Assembly: GCA_965219095.1 (NCBI GenBank)
Contig: CBDCMT010000001.1
Span: 224,001-288,000, forward strand
Direction of reading: 5' to 3'
Source of the DNA: Bdellovibrionales bacterium
GTDB taxonomy: Bacteria > Bdellovibrionota > Bdellovibrionia > Bdellovibrionales > UBA1609
Length of the DNA stretch: 64,000 nucleotides
The stretch's first letter is position 1; each line of letters opens with the position of its first letter. Positions 9,274 through 19,184 of this stretch are shown here, in pieces. Under the pieces are notes generated by a model. It searched no databases. It was not told where the DNA came from and was given only the letters and a program-made list of their open reading frames with translations. Position numbers and translations under genes: made by a program.

Positions 9274-10268
9274 CAAACTTCACTCTTATTTTAGCCTGAA
9301 ATCCCTAAAATTATGACTAGCTTTTTAGAAAAGGGAATGATTTTCTTTTCATAGACATTTCTTACAATTGTATCTTAGTGTTTGACTCCACTTTTTTAAC
9401 GCAGTCCAAAGTGTCTATCACACAGCCTATAAAATTTACAAAAGTTTTATAAAAAATATAGTAAAAAAGTTAGTTGAAACTTTTCAAGTTGGCTTACTGC
9501 GTAAAAAATGATAAAATGATGAGAAAAACACTCATAAGTTTTTCACAAAACTTCATAAGGGTAAATATGATTTTAAGGAATATGATTTTATGAACTTTAA
9601 AACCTTCTTGTTTGCTTTAAGCTTTCCCGTTTTTTTCTCATTCTCGAAGTCCACTTTTTCACAAACTTCTGTGAATTTAGACCAACTCACCGAAGCTATC
9701 AAAGAAGCTCGCCTCACAAATCCAGAACTTCGGTACATCAAAAACTTAGCTGAAAGAATGGGAGTCCGGGTCTGGCTTTTGGGAGGATCAGCCTCCAGCT
9801 TAGCTTACTATGTGAAAAAAGATCTAGAACGAAAGGAAGATAAGAACGAGGGCTGGTTTAAACTCAAAAAAGAATATTTCGATTACGACTACACAAAGAT
9901 CTTTTTTCCCACTCAGGATATAGATTTAGTCGTAGAAGGGGGGTCAGAGGAAAAAGTCTCAAAGCTAGAAGAAGAAATCTCTAGAAAGTTCCCCTACTTT
10001 CAAGGAAACAGCAATAAAAGTGCTTGGGAGGTAAGGCCTTTAAGAGAATCAAGAGGTCCAAAGGCATCTTTATTGGGAGGAGATGTATTAAAACAGCATA
10101 CCGATTCTTATTCTGTGATGATGATAGAGCTGACCGAATCTAAAGATCCTGTAATAAAAAGCATCAAGGAGTGGGATTCCAGAAATCCTTCCCTTTTAGA
10201 AGACCTTCTCAAAGGAGAAATAAGCTATTATGATTCAGAAAATCCCTGAAATCTGTTAATTTTGGTAC

Positions 10269-11549
10269 TAGTACAGCATAACCTTAAATTTCAATATATT
10301 TGACTTGTATTTTTGTTGTTCCTATAATATTTGTTGTAGTTTAATAAAAAGTCCAAGGAGGGGATATGAGATCAAAGATGAAATTAAAAACAAAGGCAAG
10401 AGCAAATCCAAAAGCAAAAAGAAAGCCAAAAGTAAGGATAAAGTTAAAGAGTTCAGAGAAGACAAAATTAGAGAAGATGTTGAAGAAGGGAGTGAATCAG
10501 TCTCGAGTTTTAACACGAGCCAGGGTTTTACTTTTAAGCCATCAAGGGAAGGGTTCCACAGAGGTTTGTGAGATTCTTGGAGTGAGAACTTTAGGGACTA
10601 TTCAAAATATCAAAGAAGGGTACTTGAAGGGAGGATTAGGGAGAGCACTTTATGATGCTCCTCGTCCTGGAAAGCCTCCTAAGTTTACAGGGAAGCAAAG
10701 GACGAAGATTACGAGTTTAGCTTGTACGAAAGCTCCTGAAGGTTATGGTCGATGGAGTTTACAGATGCTATCTGATAAGTTGGTTGAGTTAAATGTTGTA
10801 GACTCTATTTCTCACACCCATGTGGGTCGTATATTAAAAAAAACGAAGTCAAACCTCATTTAAAAAGACAGTGGTGTTTAAGCAAGATCGATTCTCATTT
10901 TATTTGCCAAATGGAGTCTGTTTTAGAAGTTTATGAAAGAAAGCTAGATTCTAATCGTCCTGTTCTTTGTTTTGATGAGCGTCCTTGTCAATTGATAGAA
11001 GATGTTTTGATGCCAGTTCCTGTAAGCCCTGGAAAAGAAAAAAGAGAGGATTATCATTACAAAAGAAATGGAACCTGTGTTGTGTTCTTAGCCATAGAGC
11101 CATTGAGTGGAAGAAGAATTGTAGAGGTAAGAAAGAGAAAAACAAAGAAAGATTATGCTCTTTTCATGAGAAAAATGTCCTTATATTATAAGGACGTAGA
11201 CAAGATCACATTGATACAAGATAATTTAAACACTCACAATGGCTCTTCTTTTTATGAGAACATGCCAGCTCAAAAGGCCTTGGAGTTAAAAAATAGACTT
11301 GAGATGATTTATACTCCTAAAAAGGCCAGTTGGTTAAATATGGCAGAAATCGAGTTTTCGGCTCTTTCAAAGCAATGTTTAAACCGACGTATAGGAAGTT
11401 TTGAACAACTAAAAAAAGAAGTAGAAACTTGGACCCGTAAGAGAAACAAAGATAGAATCAAAATCAATTGGCAGTTTACAAATAATAAGGCTAGAAATAA
11501 GTTTAAGAGGCATTATGAAAATATTAAAATTTAATGTTATGCTGTACTA
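10269..11549 (+). mobile_element. IS630-family element type C, inserted in the IS1634 terminal IR
   Basis: IRs TAGTACAGCATAAC / GTTATGCTGTACTA at a CTAG site. Confidence 0.9.
10366..11534 (+). CDS. IS630 type C transposase, two ORFs joined by a likely programmed frameshift
   Basis: HTH ORF 10366-10863; A-run near 10835-10843; DDE ORF with CFDERP, IQDNLNTH, TPKKASWLNMAEIEF. Confidence 0.85.
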
Positions 11550-11596
11550 GGTTTTTATTCGGCCCTCGTAATGCTTCGCATTAGTCGGAGGGGATT

Positions 11597-13180
11597 TTAC
11601 AACTTAAAGCTGTGTGGGATTTCTTGAGTCACATTAAAAGCTTTATAAAGGCTCTTTTGCTTACCGGACAACTCTCCTAATCTTGTTTGTCCTGTGGCCA
11701 ATTTATAGAACTTTAATTTGTCTAAAATTTTATAGACCTCTGTTTTTGAAAATTTCTTGTACAGATTCTTTTCTTTCATCACATTATTTATGTGAGAGAT
11801 TAAAATTAAAGCTATAAAGTTAATAAATAAACTTCCTCTCATGGTTTGTAGCGAATGAGTCCTCGCTCGCTTTTCATTTATATCATGCTTGAAAGACAAA
11901 AAAATCTTTTCAATGCTATCTTTGTTTCTATACAACTCTAAGATCTCATCTTTTGAAAGCTTTTGATCGCAATCGGTAAGTAAAATCAACACACCCATTT
12001 TTCGCATCTGCTTTTTAATATAATCCAAATCTTTCGAAATAAAAAAAACTCCCTTTTTCTTGACAACTGTAAAGCGCTTCTTGGCACTCTTTAAGGTTTC
12101 TGCTATGCACTCATCGCACTCTTTCTTTGTCCTAAATTTCTTCTTAGAAAATCTTCGCTCAAAACAATCCAACTTCAATAGCATTTCATTTTTTTTAGAC
12201 ACCCTTCTCTTTTCATCCAAATATATATGAGCCATACAACGAGTCTTTCCAATTTTAATTTCTCGTCTGCAGTAAGAATAAACTTGACCACGGAATACAA
12301 ACGAAGAGGGAATTGAATCAAGCTCCTTACTCACAGATCCCAATAAAGCATGGGATAGACTCGTACTAAAGCTCATAGGGACGATGTACGATGAAGCCTC
12401 CCTGTTTAAATCTTTTATGTTTTCTTGGCTGTAAAACCCTTTATCTAAAACAAAACACTTCAAATCTAAATCGTATTCCTTGGCTAACTGTAACACGCTC
12501 CTTAATGACACAACATCAGTAATACTGCCCGGATACAATCGATAACCCAAAGGAAGGCTTGAACTTCCTTTGCCTAAACCTTCCTTGCTCTGACTTAAAA
12601 CTCCTAAATTGACTTGATCCAAAGACTCACCATCTCGATTATAACCCCTTTCTAAAAACTCATTCTCAACACCATAAGAAGATATAGATGTAATATCAAA
12701 CATAAAAACTCTGGAGCTTTCTCTGTGTACACCAATCCACTCCATAAAAAATCTCTCCACTCTCTGCTCGTCTAAACCTATAGATAAAAGAAAATTACTT
12801 ATGTCCGGTGAATTAAGACAATTCTTGGAAGAAACAAAGGATTCTTGACACCAATACGGATAAAGATAATAAGCTTCCCCCCTAATCACTTTAAAAAAAG
12901 ACAAATAAAGAACCTTCTCATATTCTTTCGGAAAAACTTTCTTTAACACCTTCACTAAATTTAATTGCTTGCTGATCTCTCGCAAAAGATGCACCCCCCC
13001 AACACCTACAGAACCTATAGGATGTTTGTTCAACTTGGCTTCAAGCTTCCCCGTAGATTGATTCTTCTTGCCCAAATAAACTCTTCTCTGACGAGATTGT
13101 TTTTTTTCTTTGTCCCAGTAACTGCTTATCTCATACACATAGATGCTTCCATTTCTTTTCTCTTCATACCTATAAGACAT
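11597..13180 (-). CDS. IS1634-family transposase
   Basis: YVYEISSYWDKEKKQSRQ N-terminus; FDITSISSY; GYNRD; VLDKGFYS; YRNKDSIEKIF. Confidence 0.9.
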   Translation of the reverse strand: MSYRYEEKRNGSIYVYEISSYWDKEKKQSRQRRVYLGKKNQSTGKLEAKLNKHPIGSVGVGGVHLLREISKQLNLVKVLKKVFPKEYEKVLYLSFFKVIRGEAYYLYPYWCQESFVSSKNCLNSPDISNFLLSIGLDEQRVERFFMEWIGVHRESSRVFMFDITSISSYGVENEFLERGYNRDGESLDQVNLGVLSQSKEGLGKGSSSLPLGYRLYPGSITDVVSLRSVLQLAKEYDLDLKCFVLDKGFYSQENIKDLNREASSYIVPMSFSTSLSHALLGSVSKELDSIPSSFVFRGQVYSYCRREIKIGKTRCMAHIYLDEKRRVSKKNEMLLKLDCFERRFSKKKFRTKKECDECIAETLKSAKKRFTVVKKKGVFFISKDLDYIKKQMRKMGVLILLTDCDQKLSKDEILELYRNKDSIEKIFLSFKHDINEKRARTHSLQTMRGSLFINFIALILISHINNVMKEKNLYKKFSKTEVYKILDKLKFYKLATGQTRLGELSGKQKSLYKAFNVTQEIPHSFKL

Positions 13181-14452
13181 AGTTCAAATTGAACTATGTT
13201 TTAGGGGCTTTGTCAACTCCCTGTTGATGGCTCAAAACTCTTAACGACAGGATCAAATTTCAATCCAAAAACAGAGCCTATGAAAAACATAGCTTTAAAA
13301 AGACCTATAAAAATAGTGTGTTATAAGTTCTCCAGAAAAACTCAATGAGACTAAATTAACTCGTTCTTATGATTTATCAGGAGTATTCTGTTGAAAAAAA
13401 ACAGGCTCTTAGTCCTGAAACCTAGTACCAAAATTAACAGATTTCAGGAAAATCATAAAGAAACTCAAAGGTACAAAGAGGGTATGAATCCTGAGATCTT
13501 TTCAGTCATCCGTTATTTGATTAAAATGTTTCAGTATGAACTAAAGCCTAAAAAAGAAGATTTAGAAAGGATTAAAGAAATTATAAATGAATTTTCAGCT
13601 TCAGAATTAAAAACAGGTTATGCGAAGTTCTGGTGGGAGATGAATGTAAGAAAATTATTTATGCAAAATTCTGATCTAGAGAGAACTTGGAGAGTGCTTG
13701 ATGAATTAGGTTTAAAAGAAAAGCTCATAAGCCTGGGAGGAAATAAATGGGAAAAAGGAAGTCTTACTTTTTGGCTTCATAAAGAACCTTTAAGAACTAA
13801 AAAAATAAGAGAAGGAGAGGGAAGGACAGCTAAGGATCTGGGAATAGAGATCGTATCTCATGAAACAAGTGACTTTGAAGCTTATGAAATTATAACAAGA
13901 TCTCTTGAAGGAAAGCCTAATGTTTTTATTTCAAGAGAAAATGCTGACGGAGAGCATGCCTTCCATGGTGAGGGTTTTTACACAGTGAAAGGACTAACAG
14001 GAAGAGCCGGGACTGGTTTTACGATTCGATTTCATGTACACCCTGAAGCAAGAGAGGGAGCGGATTTTGCATTATACGGTGATATAGTTATTTTTCGTAA
14101 CAAAGCTGTATTGAGAGTAATTCCTGATAGCTCTAACCTAAGTTTCAGAGGATTTTTCGAGTTTTTGAAAAGAAGTGAAAAAAACTGGAAGCGAGAAAGA
14201 GGTTTGTTAGAAAGGTTAAGAAGAAAAATAAATCGTGAATTATTAAACAGTAAAGTCAGTGATAAGGATATAGATTATGTTTATAAAGAGATTGTTTTAG
14301 ATTCAATTGAAGAGAAAAATTCTTCACGGGAAGTTATCCTTCAAGAATGGTTTGAACTGGATGTTCCCTTAAAGTATTTGGATTTTTCTCTTATTAAGCG
14401 CTTATTCGAAATAAGAGACAGGGAAATTATCTTTATTATTATTGAAAATATT

Positions 14453-14770
14453 TTATTAAAAGACTTGGTGATTCAAGAATATCATCAAGAATGGATGAAA
14501 TTTATGGAAGCTCTGATTGAAGAAGGCTACGGCTTGTCTATTTTGCGTTACGTTTTATCAAAAGACTTAGTGATTCGAGAATATCATAAAGAATGGGTGA
14601 AGTTTATGGAAGTTTTGATTGAAAAAGGCTACGGCTTTTATATTTTGCGTTACGTTTTGTCAAAAGACTTAGTGATTCGAGAATATCATAAAGAATGGGT
14701 GAAGTTTATGGAAGTTTTGATTGAAAAAGGAAACGAGAACATTTATTATCCTATTGTGAACGATATTTTA
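14453..14770 (+). repeat. 102-bp (34-aa) coding repeats
   Basis: LSKDLVIREYHKEWVKFMEVLIEKGYGxxILRYV about three times; related units in paralogs 1 and 2. Confidence 0.85.
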
Positions 14771-15054
14771 TCAAAAGTCTTGATGATTGAAAAGTACCCT
14801 AAAAAATGGATAGAATTGGTGGAAATTTCGATTAAAAAAGGCCATGGAGATTCTATGATCTGGACTTTATTATTGAGGTCAGTGATGAAGAAACTTCAAG
14901 AAGGAAATTTAATTCAAACTTTGATAGAAAAAGATATTCTTACTAAATCTATGGAAGAAAAGTTAGCCACAATCCACTCTCAGTGGAGAAAAAGGCTTCA
15001 AACTGCTAAAAAAATAGGAGAAGACTTTTCTTGCAAGCCTCTTTTTTAACAAAG

Positions 15055-15223
15055 TGTGATAGTTGTGGCTTGATCTGACATGTCTTGAAATATCAGAAAT
15101 ATTTTACATGAATTAAAACCTTTATTCTATGAACATGAATGTGATTTTTGATCAGTGTTTTTTCTTGACATTCTTTTTCATAGACGTCTATTACAAATTA
15201 TCACAACTAATGCGACTATCACA
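15055..15223. mobile_element. IS481-type end remnant or MITE
   Basis: TGTGATAGTTGTGGCTTGATCTGACA ... GACTATCACA; same left end at 5871; related IR at 60394. Confidence 0.45.
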
Positions 15224-15574
15224 TCTAAGAAATATCCTCCTCGTAGGAGTCAAGGGCTGTTAAGAAGCCGACTTACCTAAAGAAGGTTTAATTTTCTATG
15301 GGCTGAAATTTTATTTTTAGCCTGAAATCCCTTCATAGATATTTCTTAACAATTGTATCTTAGTTTTTGACTCCACTTTTTCAACACAGTCCAAAGCATC
15401 TATCACACAGCCTATAAAACTTACAAAAAGCTTGTAAAAAATATAGTAAAAAAGTTAGTTGAACTTTTTTAATTGTCTTACTGTATAAAAAATGATAATA
15501 ATGATGAAAAATAATTACGCTGGGTGTTTCAGTTAATTTCAAAGGATAAATACGATTTTAAGAAATATAATTTT

Positions 15575-16071
15575 ATGAACTTTAAAACCTTTTTGTTTGC
15601 TTTAAGCTTTCCAGTTTTTTTCTCATTCTCGAAGTATACTTTTTCACAAACTCCTGTGAGTTCAGATCAACTCACCGAAGCTATCAAAGAAGCTCGCCTC
15701 ACAAATCCAGAACTTCGGTACATCAAAAACTTAGCTGAAAGTATGGGAGTCCGGGTCTGGCTTTTAGGAGGATCAGCCTCCAGCGTAGCTTACTATGTGA
15801 AAAAAGATCTAGAACGAAAGAAAGATAAGAACAAGGGCTGGTTTAAACTCCAAAAAGAACATTTCGATTACGACTACACAAAGATCTTTTTTCCCACTCA
15901 GGATATAGATTTAGTCATAGAAGGGGGGTCAGAGGAAGAAGCCTCAAGGCTAGAAGAAGAGCTTTCTAGAAAGTTTCCTTACTTTCAAGGAAACAGCAAT
16001 AAAAGTGCTTGGGAGGTAAGGCCCTTAAGAGAATCAAGAGGTCCAAAGGCACCTTTATTGGAAGGAGATGT
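15575..16071 (+). pseudogene. Paralog 4, truncated at the inverted-duplication junction
   Basis: Follows paralog 1 up to GAAGGAGATGT, then switches to the reverse complement of 3261 downward. Confidence 0.9.
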
Positions 16072-16217
16072 TATCAAAAGGTAGTTTAAAATGTTCTTTC
16101 TGGAAAATAGAAGAAAAATCAAAAAGATATCTATGAGAATCTCTTATGACAAAGGGTTTTCTGTGGATTCTGAGGGGAGAAGTTATAAAAACAAGCTTTA
16201 AATTGTAATAGATGTTA

Positions 16218-17357
16218 TATAGTGCTTCCGTTTAGGTTTTCAGTTTCCTAAGATAGAGAAGTTATCAGTTATCAAAGTTTCTAATTTAGGTCTGTGTTTT
16301 CGTATTCCTCTAAAAAATTGACTTAAACTTCCCTTGAAATCGTCATAGTTTTCATAATATCGATTCGCCGTGACCTCTTTTTTCATAAACTTCCAAAGCC
16401 TTTCTATAGGATTTAAATTCGGTGAGTACGGAGGAAGATAAACAAGTTTTATATTCAACTCTTTCGCTAACTTCTTGACAGACTTTGATCTATTGTATCC
16501 GGCCCCATCTAAGATAAGATGAATCTCTTTTTCATCGGGATGCTTCTTGCGAAGATGATGGAGCATATCACATATAGAAACATGGTTGACTGTCTTATAA
16601 CTCCTGACTACCGTCTTTAAACTATTGATCTCAATAGCTCCACAAACATTCACTCTTTTTCTCCAGCCTGAATTGGTCTTCACTTCAAACTTCTTACCCT
16701 CTCTTATCCAACCATATGAAATTGTAGGGCCCCACTCAGGATGTGTGGAATCAGCAAAGTAAACAGGACCGTCTTTCTTCTTAATTCTCTTGTATTTACG
16801 CACAAACTTTTCCTGCTCTTCTCTCTTTGCCTTACCCGGTACCGCTGTGGCTTTTTTATAAGAAAAACCAAGGCGATGGAGAAGATCAATCACACCACTT
16901 GTTGAGTACGTAACACTAAAATTCTCCTCAATGAACTGAATAACAGCCTGTGATGATGGAAAAATTCTTTTCTCTAATGTCTTACAAAGCATTTTCTCCT
17001 CTTTTTGAGTTAAAAAGGACCTTTTAGAACTGTAATTGTCGTTGATTAAGCACTCTATTCCGCCTTTGTTATAACGATCTCTACAGGCTCTTATCGTGCC
17101 CTCATCAATGAAAAGAAAACGGGAAATATCTTTACACAACTCACCTTTATCTAAATGGAGAATTGTCATAATCCTTTTTGCGTATTTAAGATTTTTCTCT
17201 AGAGATAGTTCATAGAGTAAATCTTTTCGCTCTTTTTTTGATAGAAACCCTGACATATGAAACTATTTTTAAAAATAAATGACTTTTTATCAAGACCTTA
17301 GAATAAAAACTAGACCTCAACTCAAAAAAAACGGAAAACTTAAACGGAAGGAGTATA
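16218..17357 (-). mobile_element. IS630 type A (transposase 16240-17256)
   Basis: Protein identical to 2072-3088. Confidence 0.92.
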
Positions 17358-17423
17358 GTAGAGTTTCTTTCTAAAGTTTCAGATGTAAATGCTAAAGATA
17401 ATGACAGTCAATGGACAGCACTT

Positions 17424-17978
17424 ATGTATGCAGCATTTTACGGATATCTCGATATTGTAAGATTTCTTTCTAAAGTTAAGGGTTTAGATGTAAATGCTAA
17501 AAATAATATGGGAATGACAGCATTTATGTATGCAGCATATTACGGACATCTCAATATTATTGTAGAGCTTCTTTCTAAAGTTAAAGGTTTAGATGTAAAT
17601 GCTAAAAATAATAAGGGAAAGACAGCATTTATGTTGGCCGCACGTTACGGACGTGTAGATGTAGTAGAATTTCTTTCTAAAGTTTCAAATGTAAATGCTA
17701 CAGATTATGACGGATGGACAGCACTTATGTGGGCCGCACGTTACGGACATGCAGATGTAGTAGAGTTTCTTTCTAAAGTTTCAGATGTAAATGCTACAGA
17801 TTATAGCGGATGGACAGCATTTATGTGGGCCGCAAGAGTAGGACATCTCGATATTGTAAGGATTCTTTTTAAAGTTTCAAATGTAAATGCTAAAGATAAT
17901 AAGGGAAGGACAGCACTTATGTTGGCGAAAGCAAAAGGACATTTTGATGTAGTAGAATTTCTCAAAGGACTGGATTGA
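17424..17978 (+). CDS. Ankyrin-repeat protein (duplicate, N-truncated)
   Basis: Identical to 1350-1904. Confidence 0.9.
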   Translation: MYAAFYGYLDIVRFLSKVKGLDVNAKNNMGMTAFMYAAYYGHLNIIVELLSKVKGLDVNAKNNKGKTAFMLAARYGRVDVVEFLSKVSNVNATDYDGWTALMWAARYGHADVVEFLSKVSDVNATDYSGWTAFMWAARVGHLDIVRILFKVSNVNAKDNKGRTALMLAKAKGHFDVVEFLKGLD

Positions 17979-18037
17979 AAAAGTAAAGTCAGAAAACTGT
18001 ATTATGAGTCTGTAAATTAAATTGTGTAACTGATTAA

Positions 18038-18288
18038 CCTAAATTCGGGGTCAAAAATATACACTACAGTTGTCATTTTACTAAGTTTTATTGCCTTTTT
18101 TTATTTTTCTTATGAAGCTCATATCCCCTCCTATAATGTATAATATATACACTACTACAGATAGTAGTCAATGGCAAACCCCTTTCTTTTTCAAGAAATC
18201 TTGTCTTTTCTCAGAGGAAGAAAGACCGTTTTAAGATATTTTAAATGTTAGGATGTTTGTAGTGGATATTTTTTGCCCCGAATTTAGG
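18038..18288 (-). mobile_element. IS1634-like MITE (duplicate)
   Basis: Mirror of 1040-1290. Confidence 0.75.
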
Positions 18289-18415
18289 TGATTAAATATC
18301 ACTTCCTTGACAAACAGCCATGTATCCTTTTGAAGGTTGTTTTTTTATAAACCTAGTACAACATAACATAGTTATGTTGGTCGGTTTTTATTCTCCCTAC
18401 CATTTTCTTGAGGAG

Positions 18416-18564
18416 TTTGTTCGTGATTTGTTCGTGATTAACTATCCAAAACTGTGAAAAAGTGTGTGCATTTGGCCTGAAACAAGGAAGTGTTAGTTAT
18501 TGTTTTTTTTGAATTTAACTTGAGTTTTTTTAATGGCTCAGACTTGAGTTTTTTAATGGCTCAG
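18416..18564. repeat. Short tandem direct repeats upstream of xis/int
   Basis: TTTGTTCGTGA x2 (18416-18437); ACTTGAG(T6-7)AATGGCTCAG x2 (18518-18564). Confidence 0.8.
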
Positions 18565-18908
18565 AAAGGAGTAAAAAAGGGTCAAAAAACAAACAACAAA
18601 TCAATTATGAAAGGAGTAGCATAATGCAAAACGAAAAAAGCAAAATTTACGAGGCTTTTTTGAGTGCGTAAATTCACCATATCCGGTAAGGAAAAATCAG
18701 AGTTCTTAAAGGGGGGCTTTCCCTCTAAAAACAAAAGACGGTTTTTCTCTCAAGCTCTTCCTGTTTCAGGAGAGCTTTTAGTTGTAGAAAGAGTGCCAAA
18801 AAAGAGAAAAAAAGCAAGACAGAAGAAATGCCTTTTTAAAAGGCTAAAAAATCAACTGCTAGGGGGCTTTTTAAAGCTCTCTAGCTTTTTTTGAAAGGAG
18901 TTAAAAAA

Positions 18909-19184
18909 ATGAAAATAATATTGAAAAATAATTCTCAAAAGAGTACTCTAAAAAGTACTATTAGCTCTCAAAAAAATGAGAGTCTGTTCTTTGACAATTT
19001 AAAACAAAATAGCTGGCTTAACACGAGAGAAGCTTCAGCTTATCTTTCTCTATCGCCAAATGCTCTAAGAATTATGGTGCATAGAGGTCTTGTCAAATCC
19101 TATCGTTTATCCAATCGTCTTCGATTTAAGATGTCCGATCTTGACCGAGTCCTTTCTATCAAACAGAAAGGAATCAAATCATGA
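18909..19184 (+). CDS. Excisionase-like HTH DNA-binding protein
   Basis: WLNTREASAYLSLSPNALRIMVHRGLVKSYRLSNRLRF; AAGGAG before ATG 18909; stop overlaps the integrase start. Confidence 0.8.
   Translation: MKIILKNNSQKSTLKSTISSQKNESLFFDNLKQNSWLNTREASAYLSLSPNALRIMVHRGLVKSYRLSNRLRFKMSDLDRVLSIKQKGIKS

Larger units (their letters stand above)
10245..13448 (-). mobile_element. IS1634-family element
   Basis: IRs CCTGAAATCTGTTAATTTTGGTACTAG / CTAGTACCAAAATTAACAGATTTCAGG; 6-bp TSD AAAATC at 10239-10244 and 13449-13454. Confidence 0.9.
9590..15049 (+). pseudogene. Paralog 3, interrupted by IS1634 (which carries a nested IS630)
   Basis: 9590-10244 joined to 13455-15049 gives 2250 bp in frame (749 aa); SHET...HGEGFYT; ends SCKPLF. 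Confidence 0.9.
16067..18344. repeat. Inverted duplicate of 984-3261
   Basis: Reverse-complement identity, including IS630-A, ankyrin gene and MITE. Confidence 0.95.

Noticed and set aside
13391..13454. Independent 552-aa gene starting at 13391
   Set aside because: The start lies inside the IS1634 end; it is the 3' part of paralog 3
14453..14770. Regularly spaced repeats as a CRISPR array
   Set aside because: In-frame 102-bp coding repeats, no unique spacers and no cas genes
1971..17357. Active composite transposon of two IS630-A copies carrying the array
   Set aside because: The duplication extends beyond the IS on both sides and the outer IRs are both mutated; not excluded but unsupported
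18664..18894. 76-aa basic ORF upstream of xis
   Set aside because: No recognisable motif; cannot support it as a gene
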